DNA of 29,928 nt from Chiloscyllium plagiosum. Lineage: Eukaryota. The position numbers and the translations under genes are program-made. Location of the stretch: contig NC_057751.1 of NCBI RefSeq assembly GCF_004010195.1, forward strand, positions 2,145,305 through 2,175,232. Direction: 5' to 3'. Shown piece by piece: positions 20,086 to 29,928 of the stretch (position 1 is its first letter; each line of letters begins with the position of its first letter). The notes under the pieces were generated by a model. It had not been told where the DNA came from. It saw only the letters and a program-made list of their open reading frames with translations, and did not search any database.

Positions 20086-21439
20086 GCTTCTGGAAGCTGG
20101 TGTAGCAGATTAAGTAGGGAGCTTTCAAATTCACGCAACTTCAGCAGCAGCAGCCTAAATCCGTCAATTAGAAAACACAGTTCAAATAAACAATTTGAAT
20201 TTTGGTTCTGCCTAATAGATTGATCAGCTCTTCCTGAGGCTTCAATTACTAATAAACAACTGCTTGAACACAGGGCCTCTTCTGGCCTTGCCAGAACCGA
20301 TTCCCAAGTGTTGACCTTGTGAATAGCAACTTTTATAATCGATAAAAACACAATGCTCTGCAGCATTGCTGCACCTGCTGGAATCCTCTTAATCAAGAAT
20401 CAGCCTGCTACAAGCCTCCATAACAAATAAAGCTTGTTTGGTCTGTTATTTTCCTTTGACCACAAGTTATCCTAAAGTACTCAAGTCATTTTCAGCTCAT
20501 AATTCGAAAGTGATGAAAGAATAAAAATAAAAATTGTGAAAAATCAGCAAGGATTCAAGCACTCCCATCACAATATCTAACTGCCTCTTGAATAACCTTT
20601 GTCTGGAGATCCAATATATATCCAAAAGGCTTTAAGAGGAATGCAGTTAAGGCAGATAATGTGAGCTGAAGAGGAGATCAATCAGAAGCTATGTGAACTC
20701 TGGAGCAGACTCATGGACCTCTCCCTGTTTCTATGTTTCCACAGTCATGATTTCTACTGATACGATTCACCGGATTAATAGTTCATGTTTTGGTTCTTCA
20801 TCACATTGCTTTTCATTTACATCCCAGGTTGAGTAGTCCAAGTTTTTCAAGGCTTTTCAGTATCATGTCCCGATTCTCATGCTGCTTTTAAGACTTGGAA
20901 TCCTTTTGTCAATAAAAGTGAAGCAATAATCAATGGAGGTAATTCTGAACATTCAGCAGAAGGTCCATCCTTTGTAGAAAATTTCCAGTTTTCAATTTTT
21001 TCAACTGATAATTACATACTCCAGTTCCTCTTGACAGAGGCCCTTACCACCACTCCTGAGGTTATATATTCATCTCTGAACCAAAATTGCGAAAAGTAAA
21101 ATAGTTTTCTCATTGTCTCACTGGAGTTTGTGGGATTTTGCTCTGCATTAGTTTACTGCAATATTTTTCTGCATCGTTGAATTTTTTTTGCAAATGTCCT
21201 GCAATGCTGATAGGTACCATTAAAATGTAAGTTGCTCCTTTCTGTCTCCTGTGTGCATAGTTAATCCCAAAGGCTGAAAGCTACGCTTGTCGTTTGACAA
21301 ATAATTGATGAGTCGTGCACCAACTGCAGCTTAAAGTGACCTCTTTTGCACTATCTTACACATGCCTCATAGAAGTGGGGCATGGTTTGGGGACATGCCT
21401 ACCTTCAGATGGGAGAAGATAGTAGAATATTACAACACA

Positions 21440-22200
21440 GAAGGATTTGGGTCCTTGCATATGTATTTCTAAATGTTTGCTTGGGAAAGTAAGTAGAATG
21501 TTGGCTTTCCATGCAAATGCGATGAAAAATAAATGCGGAATAATATTGTTACAGCTATACAGAGCATTGGTGTCACTACACCTGAAGTGCTGTGTACATT
21601 TTTGCTCTCCTAACTTAAAAAAGGAGACTCTTGCATTGGAAACATGGCAAAGTAGGCACATTGGACTGAAATGCCAGAATGAATGGGAAAAGATGGAGCC
21701 TCATAACTGTATTTGAAGTTGCAGAAGAGGAGAAATTGTTTCTACAAGGGAACTGGCAGAGACATCAGTCAGATAGGAATGATATTGATCAGTAAACAGA
21801 TATTGGTTCTAAAATGAAAGGGAAGCTAGATCACTGCTTAATTTTAAGGCTGAGTTGGAAGAGCTATGATCCAAAAGGGAGTTAAGCCATATGGGGAAGT
21901 GGTGTGAGACTAGTTAACTCCATCTGCAAGGCATCTGGATGGGTATATGAATAGGAAAGGTTTGGAAGGATATGGGTCAGGTACTGGCAGGTGGGACGAG
22001 ATTGGGGTGGGATATCTGGTCGGCAGGGACGAATTGGACCCAAGGGTCTGTTTCCGTGCTGTATATCTCGTTGACTCCATGACTACACCTTAGTACATGT
22101 GACAATAGTAAATCAAAACAAATCAAATGATCTTAATGAATTAATGAGCAAGCTCAAAGGACCCAATGACCTACCTCTGTTACTAATTTTTCTATTTTCA
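21440..22200 (+). mobile_element. Composite of degenerate CR1 3' fragments
   Basis: LLQLYRALVSLHLKCCVHFCSP.LKK, a younger CR1 tail at about 21925-22085, and an older tail to about 22200. Confidence 0.7.
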
Positions 22201-22984
22201 TCAGAAAAGGGGAGCAACATGTAAAGAACCCAGCCAGCTCTTTCTGGGCATCAATACTGACATCTTGATTCACATGGGTTCAAACTATGCCCAACCCCAT
22301 TCAAACAGTATTCCCTGTCTTTCAGATACACAATGTAGGGCTTGCAATGTATTATTCAAGGAGCATATTGTTCACCTTGGCAAATTAGACCACGAGAGAC
22401 ATACTGAATACATAGAGAGATAGATAATCATAAAAATGACTGATACACAGTTTCAGTGAAAAACAGTGAATGAATGAGATCCTGAAACACCAATAAAAAT
22501 TTCAAACGACGATGGAATGAAATTAGAATTCAAATGTATCTGGAACCATAAATCAGTGGTCAGGCTAATAATATAGTGATGCATAAAACCCTTGCAATAA
22601 AACCGCTGCTCAGTATGTTACCCATGATTGGGAATTGAGACATGGTTAACTGTATTTCCAAATTATTAGTGTACATAAAGGATAAACATTGCTGTTTCTC
22701 ATGTGATCTCAAGATTCACATTGCATGGGTGCACTTGAACTCCAACCTTGCCTGCATACTCACTGTGCATGTTTGTTATTGTTTGATGATAGCTGTTGAT
22801 GTAGTAAATATAACTGACACATTAAGTATATTTTTTTGCATTATCTGAATGTAATTTCTACTGCATTTAATGCGCATTGTAAAGATAATGTCCTTATTTG
22901 CAACATTTGTAACTAATCAATAATTTTTACTCAGAAAGAAAGTGTTCTCCCTGTGACAATAATGGGATAGTACAATATATGACA

Positions 22985-23195
22985 ACCAATTGAGGGATAA
23001 GTATTAGCCTGAGACAGTACTCTTTTTCAAAACAGTAGATTGAGATCATTCCTGAGAGAGTAGAAAGGTCTTTGATCGAATGTCTCCTGTGAAAGGTAGC
23101 ATCTCTGTCTACACAGTCAACCTTTTTGTATAAAATCAAGTGGTGCTGAAACTACAAACTTCTGTCTGAGGCATGAGTAACAGATTACTGTGAGA
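22985..23195 (-). mobile_element. Degenerate DeuSINE-like (SacSINE1-type) element
   Basis: attgagggataagtattagcc...tgtctcctgtgaaaggtagcatctc resembles the reverse complement of the Deu domain. Confidence 0.5.
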
Positions 23196-23569
23196 AAAAC
23201 TGGTTTTGTCTGTCAAGTACATGTCTGTCATATCGCCAAGTACTGGTGGTGTGTGAAAAGGACATTGTGTATTCATGCTGGTCACTCAAACACAGAGCAG
23301 CAAAGATAGAATCATCTTCAAGTCTCCAGATTTTCAGCAATAATTAATCTAGTTGGCTTCAGGATTTACAAGAATGACTCATACCTTGAACATGCTTTCC
23401 ATTGAACAGTGGTTGCAGATCTAAATTACTGTGGGCATTGGATTTTTTTTAACAAGGCTTCCTGTAATCACACAAGTCAGGATAACTTCTTGCTTTGCCC
23501 CTCCTGGGCCTGTTCTGAACGGTGACCGGCTGAAGATATTTCCTTATCGATTTGCTAAGAAATGTGAAT

Positions 23570-23870
23570 TTCGAGTTCGATCTCAAAGGCAAGAACACTA
23601 CCGCTCCACCACAAGAGCCCAGAATGGCCTGTTTAAATTTTCCAATTTTTATATTTTCCAACGAGACTGTTCAGAGATGTTATTATTCACATCTGGAGCA
23701 GGTGGGACTTGAAGCCGGGTCTCTTGATTCAGGGGTAGGGATGCAACCACTGTACCATAAGAGGGCCCCCAAATTAATCAGCCTGTCGAAATAGGTTCTT
23801 ACACACTTTTGGAGAAGGCAGGACTTGAACAGAGGCCTCTTGTCTCACAGGCATGGACACAGCCACATCT
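23570..23870 (-). repeat. Three tandem tRNA-like SINE heads
   Basis: Repeated ggacttgaa..c...ctca.agg.a.g.acac.accac units spaced about 110-140 bp apart. Confidence 0.55.
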
Positions 23871-24224
23871 TAAGCGGCCTGATGAATTCCAAAAGAGATC
23901 CTTATTTATTTGGTTCAGCTGGAGGAACACCTGACAACCAAATTTGGAGGAAAGTGAGCAAAGAACAAGCTACCAGATGATCTCTCATATTTTTGAAAAC
24001 TAAAGTGAACACAATTCCATTAGTTTTAAAATTGTTACACAAAAGGATAGGCTGGACGACAAGTTAAAGTTTGAAATTGGGACAAAGCCCATTTTGATGG
24101 GGTGAGGCCGGAACTTCCAAAAGTTTATTGGTGGAGGCTGTTTGCAGATAAAGGGATGTCTGGCAAGTAGGATGCTTTAAAAAGCAAAATAATGTCAAAC
24201 AGGGACAGAATGTTCCTGTTAGTG

Positions 24225-26469
24225 TGTTATGGACCTGATAAAACCCCCTCAAAATAATAAGATTTTCTCAATCTTAACTTTTTCTTTATTTTAAAGGTAA
24301 GTGTAAGGTTTAGTGTTCCAGATGCAATTTGATTGGTCAAACTAATGGTTTTGAAGAAAACCATACTTTATTCATCCACTACAGTTAAAATAGAACAAAC
24401 GAAAGAAGGAAATGGAATAACTTAACTCTGCTGGAAATAATAACAGAATAACAGAAACAGTAACTATCACTAATTTACTGTTTCAATATAGAAACATCTG
24501 ATAAACACACAGTTGGCCAAAGGCAAATTCAGAACACAGATCGTCTCATACGTAACTCCCGGAGAAGGCAGAGAACCACCACCTTTTGGCTGTAACCAAG
24601 AGAGGGAAAAAAACAGCTTCCACTTGTTCAAGACCCAAACAGCAATTGCTGAAAGCTGAACTAAAGATCCTGGTTAAGTGTCAAGTTTGACCACACCCAT
24701 TCAGACTGCTTCTATTGTTCCAACTTAAAAAAAACCCAAGCTGTTTACTCTAGTGGTTCTGGTAGACTGCTCGCTTCTCTGCCTTAAAACCTCTCTTAAA
24801 GCATTAGCATCGTCACAGCTCTCCCCAAAAAAACATGGATCATCAATATACAAAGATGCCTTCATTTTTAAAAATCCTTAGTCTTAGGCTATTGATACAC
24901 AAAACAGATACAGTACATTGACACTAAACATGCAAAGATTCACTCCTATGGTCTATTTCAGTCCGTTTTATCCCACCACCAAAGTTCAACAATGCATCAG
25001 CAGCATGTGTTTTCATCCTGCCACAGGTATAACTTTCAAATACGAGATATTGATCAGATGGGCAAAGGAGTAGCAAATAGAGTTTAATTTAGATAAATGT
25101 GAGGTGATGCATTTTGGAATGGCAAATCAGGGCAGGACTTATACACTTAATGAAAAGATGCTGGGGACTGTTGCGAAACAAATAGATCTTTGAATGCAGG
25201 TTCATAGTTCCTTGAAAGTGAAGTTGCAGGGAGACAGGATAGTGAAAAAGGTGTTTGGTGTGTTTGCCATTATTGGTCAGTGCATTGAGTATAGGAGTTG
25301 GGGGGGTCATGTTTTGGCTGTGCAGAATATTGATTTGGACATTTTTGGAATACTACATTGAGTTCTGGTTTCCCTGCAAAAGAATGGGTGTTGTGAAGCT
25401 TGAAAGGTTTCAGAAAGATTTACAAGGAATTTGCTAGGGTTGGAAGGTTTGAGCCACAGAGGCTGAATAAGCAGGGGCTATTTTGCCTGGAGTGGCAGAG
25501 GCTGAGGGGTGACCATACAGGGGTTTATGAAATCATGAGGGGATGGATAGGACAAAGAGACAAAGTCTTTTCCCTGGGGTGGAGGGTGTCCAGAATTAGA
25601 GGACATAGGTTCAAGGTGAGAGGGGAAAGATATAATAGGGACCTAAGGGACAACTTTTCATGAATGAGCTGCCAGAGGAAGTCCAACCATTTCTCCAACA
25701 ATTTTAAGGGCTGATGATTAGTATTAATAATTGTCTCAGACACATTACTGACAAGATAAATGTTGAAATGTTATAACACTAACACAAAGCTCAAGATTTC
25801 CTTTTCAATCGTGGAATATTTCTGTTGATGATCATTCAGGTTTCTGGAAGAAAATCCAGAATAGGTCTTTGTAACTTCTCATTGTCTTCTTGTAGGAATA
25901 CAGCACCAACATTCACGTCACTCATACTAATAGCCATCTTGAATGGCTTTGTGTAACAAGATGTGGCTCACACTGAGGTAATGGTAAACACAGCTTTCAA
26001 GCTCTCTAAATGCCTTCTGACAGTCTTCTGTACAGTGAGATTTTCTGCACTTCTTCAATATGTCAGTCAGTGGAGCAACCACACTACTAAATTTGGTACA
26101 AACTTTCGATCAAAACCAGGAAACGTGCACTGTTCATCGATAGGATGGGAAACTCCCCAATAACCTGTGTTTTCCCATTCTACGGGGCCATCTGTCCATG
26201 TCGTAAAACATGACCCAGGAAGGTGACTTGGATTTTTGCGAATTTATTCTCAGCCAAGTTTATCACTAAGCCCACCTTCCAAGTTGATCAAAAAATTCTG
26301 ACAGATGCTGCATATGTGAATAAAAGTCACCAGGTTGTTGATGCACACCACACAAATGAGTAATCTAGAAATAACTTTATTGGTCAGCTGTTGACATGTT
26401 GCTGGTGCATTTTTCATAGCAAATGGCTTGACTTTAAATTGGTACAGTCCTTTCGGTGTCACAAAAGCC
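24225..26469 (-). mobile_element. Gypsy-superfamily LTR retrotransposon, 3' half: RT, RNase H, PPT, 3' LTR
   Basis: AFVTPKGLYQFKVKPFAMKNAPAT, KYSTIEKE, TNHQPL, ADAL (about 24990-25001), PPT ttttggggagagc (24818-24833), LTR TGT...ACA at 24225-24817. Confidence 0.9.
25050..25682 (+). mobile_element. CR1 fragment nested in the Gypsy RNase H
   Basis: FNLDKCEVMHFG...LRGD...RGHRFKVRGERY. Confidence 0.9.
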
Positions 26470-26771
26470 AAAACTAGGCAACTTGGAAATAAATAGTCAT
26501 GTATTGAAAAGAATCTGCATTACAGAAGAGGAGGTGCTGGAGATCTTAATACATATAAATCCCCAGGACCTGATCAAGTGCATCCGAGGATGTTTTAGGA
26601 AAGCGAGGGAAGAAATTGCCAGGCTCCTATCAGTGATATTTATATCATCGACTGTCAAGAGTGAGGTGTCAGAAGACTGGAGACCAGTAATATTGAGCCA
26701 TTATTTCAGAAATGCTGCAAAGAAAAGCCAGGGAACTGCAGATGGGTGAGCCTCATGTCAGTGGTGGGTAA

Positions 26772-27642
26772 TGTGATGATGCTGTCACTTTAAAAAAGTT
26801 ATTTTGTTCTGATTTTTTAAAACAGCGATTATAAAGGCAAAGGTGCCAAACTGACTACTGGAGACAGCCCAAGTAAACAATTTAGGAGGCAATGAGGATT
26901 TTTTTTCAAAGTTGTAACAATGGAAGGGGAGGGGCCAGCTCTCACAGACCAGGCTTTCTAGTTTTTGTTAGCTGCAGCAGTCAGAAGCTGCTTGGGGTCC
27001 CAGAAGAGATGGAAGCTTCAGGAAAAATGATTCACAGCTGCTACTTTCTCTGAATTTTCTCTTGATGTTGTTTCCTCCTGGATTGGAGAACTGCATGCAA
27101 GAATCTGTGTTTGAATTCACCTTTCTCCCAAGATGTGTGTTTATGGGATGTTACACAATTGAAACAGATAATTAGTAATTGGTACTATATCTGTTAGAGT
27201 CAAAGAGATGTACAGCATGAAAACAAACCCTTCGGTCCAACTCGTCCTTGCTGACCAAATATCCTAAATTAATCTAGTCCCATTTGTCAGCAGTTGGTCC
27301 ATATCCTTCTAAAACCTTCCTGTTCATGTTCTCATCCAGATGCCTTTTAAATGTTGCAGATGTACCAGCCTCCACCACTTCCTCTGGCAGCTCATTCTAG
27401 CCACACACCATCAGTATTTGTTAATGTTTTCCAGCAGTTAAGTTATTCTAAATTCCTGTTTCTTTTGTTTGTATATTAACTATCGTGGTGAAATAAATTG
27501 TATTTTGCTTAATCTCTATTAGTCTGACCACTGCCTCACATCTGGAACACACACTTCACAGCTACATTTAAAATAAGAAAAAGTTAGGGTCTAGACTACT
27601 TTTCTAAAATATTTTGAGAGGGTCTGGTCTGGACAATAAACA
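26772..27642 (+). mobile_element. Solo LTR inserted in CR1, containing a nested CR1 tail
   Basis: TGTGATG...AACA ends, AATAAA near 27492. The host CR1 reads through (SVVG/KLL) with about 3 bp duplicated (taa). Confidence 0.82.
27196..27412 (-). mobile_element. Short CR1 3' fragment nested in the LTR
   Basis: Matches 3330-3545. Flanked by tatctgtta / tatttgtta. Confidence 0.88.
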
Positions 27643-27742
27643 TAAGTTGTTGGGAGAGGGTTCTAAGAGACAGGATCGACATGTATTTGGAAAACCATTG
27701 TGTGTGGGAAATCATGTCTCAAAGACTTGGTTGAGTTTGTTG

Positions 27743-27834
27743 CCTGTCCTCGGATGCTGCCTGAATTGCTGTGCTCTTCCAGCACCACTAATCCAGAATC
27801 TGGTTTCCAGCATCTGCAGTCATTGTTTTTACCT
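27743..27834. mobile_element. Single arm of a Penelope-derived foldback element (subfamily 2)
   Basis: Reverse complement of 29800-29885. Direct repeat tttgttg at 27736-27742 / 27834-27840. Removing it restores the CR1 frame. Confidence 0.85.
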
Positions 27835-29799
27835 TTGTTGAACAGGTGACCGAGGAGATAGACGAAGGCAGATTGGTAAACAAGGGCTTTAGCAAGGCCT
27901 TCGACAAGGTTTCACATAATAGACTTATTCATAAGGGATCATATGGGATCCACAGAGAGCTACATAATTGGATATACAACTGACTAGACAGTAGATGTTT
28001 GTTGTTCAGAGGCCTGTGACCAGTGGTGTGCAGCAATGATCAGTGCTGGATCCTCTGTTGTAATTTATACAAACAATTTGGATGGGAATATTGGAGGCAC
28101 AATTAGCAAGTTTGAAGGTGACACTAAAAGTGGTGGTATAGTGGACATTGAAGAAGGTTATCTCAGAGTACAATGGGATCTTGATGAACTGGGTCAGTGG
28201 ATTTCGGAACGGCAGACAGAGTTTATTACAGATAAGTCCAAGGTGTTTCACTTTGGTCAGACAAACCAGGACGGAACTTGCACAGTTAATGATAGGGCCC
28301 CAGTGAGTATTGTTGAACAGAGAGAGACCAAGGGGTGCAGGTACATAATTCCTTTAAAATAGTGTCACAAGTAGACAGGGTGGTCAAGAAGGCTATTCGG
28401 CATATTTGCCTTCATCGGTCAAAGCACTGAGATACAGGCGTTTGGTCATCATGTTGCAACTGTACAAGATATTTGTAAGGCTACATTTGGACTACTCGGG
28501 TTGCCCTGCTATCAGAAGCATGGTAGTAATTGGAAAAAGTGCAGAAAAGATTGACAAAGATATTATTGAGATTGGCGGGTTTGAGTGATTAGAAGAGGAT
28601 GGAGAGGCTGGGACTTTTTCGTTGGGGAGCAGGAGGCTGGGGCTGACATTATAGAGGTTTATAAAATCATGAGGGTGTAGATAAGTTGAACAGCCAAGGA
28701 CTTTTCCCCAGGGTAGGTGTGTCCAAAACAAGAAGGCACAGGTTTAACCTGAGAGGGATCTGAGGAGCAATCTTTTCACACAGAGGGTGGTGCATATATG
28801 CAGCAATCTCCTAGAGGAAGTGGCAGAGGTGGGTACCATCATAACATTTAAAGGATACTTGGACAGGTACAAATCCAAGCAAATGGGAAAAGTTCTGTTT
28901 AAGAAATCTAGTCAATTTGGATGAGTTTGGCCAAAGGACCTGTTTCTGTGAGGTATGACTCTATGACTCTTGTTTTGTTCAGGATGAAAGCGTGACTGAC
29001 AAACAGATCAAGATAATCTTTCCTGAACAAGCTATGCCTGCAAGACTTCAGAGTCAACTATCCATGATTGGTACTTGATCACACATGCTAGAACATCAGA
29101 TCAAGACAGTGTGGAGCATCCTGTGCTTTTTCCTTTTGCTTCAAAAATAAGCCTTTCATTAAGGTGTTTCTTTTTCTGCCAGAAAACCTTTCTCTGCAGA
29201 TAATTCTTTTCCTCCCTGTGTTTCATGAAGAATGCATGTGAGTGTGCATGGACATATTTATGGATATGTTTTGGGCATATTAAAGGGGCTAATTATTTAT
29301 TCTGATATTTACTGACCATGTATGTTGACCAGTTTTTGCATTTCTTTGAACAAGTTTTGTTTCGATTATGAAACAATAGATACTGGGATAGTGGTCAAAA
29401 GCTTGGTCAGAGATAGGATTTGAGGATTCTTAAAGGAAGGCTGAACTGTTGAAAGATAGGAGAGGTTGATGAAGTCTAACTTGAAATGATGCTTTTGTTG
29501 GAATATTACGAACTTGAATGATAGTTTCAGGGTCATACGATATTTTCAGTATACCCTGCTCACTCCAAGCTGTTCTGTTTGGGAAGTTGGCCAATAGAAT
29601 TCACATGAGACCTTACTGGCAGAAGAGGTGAGATTTGTTCTCTCAAATCCTTCTACAAGTCTGTTAATATTCACTTTAGTTCAAAGATATCTTCAGTTTG
29701 CAGTCCGAGTTGATACAAACAAAATGTGGAAAGTTCAAGCCAAACTCGTTTAACATTGCTTAAGATTTCAAATAATTGAAAAGGCAAGTGTGTCATGAT

Positions 29800-29928
29800 G
29801 GTAAAAACAATGACTGCAGATGCTGGAAACCAGATTCTGGATTAGTGGTGCTGGAAGAGCACAGCAGTTCAGGCAGCATCCAAGGAGCTTCGAAATCGAC
29901 ATTTCGGGCAAAAGCCCTTCATCAGGAA
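29800..29928. mobile_element. Penelope-derived foldback element (subfamily 2), cut by the window end
   Basis: ggtaaaaacaatgactgcagatgctgg...gacatttcgggcaaaagcccttcatcaggaa. Confidence 0.8.
29895..29928 (-). ncRNA. Minimal hammerhead ribozyme-like motif
   Basis: Minus strand: ttcCTGATGA-A-GGGC-TTTT-GCCC-GAAAT-GTC-gat. Confidence 0.55.

Larger units (their letters stand above)
24010..28970 (+). mobile_element. Long CR1 ORF2 fossil hosting nested Gypsy, solo LTR and Penelope-derived insertions
   Basis: Colinear pieces: ISFKIV..NWDKAHFDG (24020-24224), EVSEDWR (26470-26771), KSCLKDLVEF/VEQVTEEIDEG, ISKFEGDTK, and tail tatgactctatgactct ending at 28970. Confidence 0.88.

Noticed and set aside
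19884..20396. 170-aa minus-strand ORF fusing unique sequence to CR1
   Set aside because: Chance read-through into a CR1 fragment, with no splice or domain support.

Overview
Repeat-dense vertebrate DNA. The HE1-type tRNA SINEs, HER1/CR1-type LINEs and Penelope-derived foldback elements point to a cartilaginous fish, most likely a carpet/bamboo shark (inference from repeat repertoire). I recognise no intact host gene. Nearly all ORFs in the track are CR1 ORF1/ORF2, Gypsy RT/RNase H or antisense shadows of these. Main discovery: the short unique pieces between the transposon insertions from about 80 to 11,410 translate on the + strand, with stops and frameshifts, into colinear motifs of a Mononegavirales (rhabdovirus-like) L polymerase. 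These are (W)GHP, a motif-A-like KY..FR, PRNTase motifs A/B/D/E at near-canonical spacing, and a SAM-binding-like methyltransferase motif. They are preceded by a possible glycoprotein C-terminus with a transmembrane segment and a gene-junction-like signal. This looks like an old endogenous RNA-virus element (G-L) shredded by later TE insertions. Secondary findings: minimal hammerhead-ribozyme motifs in three distinct Penelope-related repeat families, a foldback element family with 7-14 bp target-site duplications, and a Gypsy element with RNase H directly before the PPT/LTR (Gmr1-like order). All homology calls are by-eye motif recognition, not database searches, and most boundaries are approximate.
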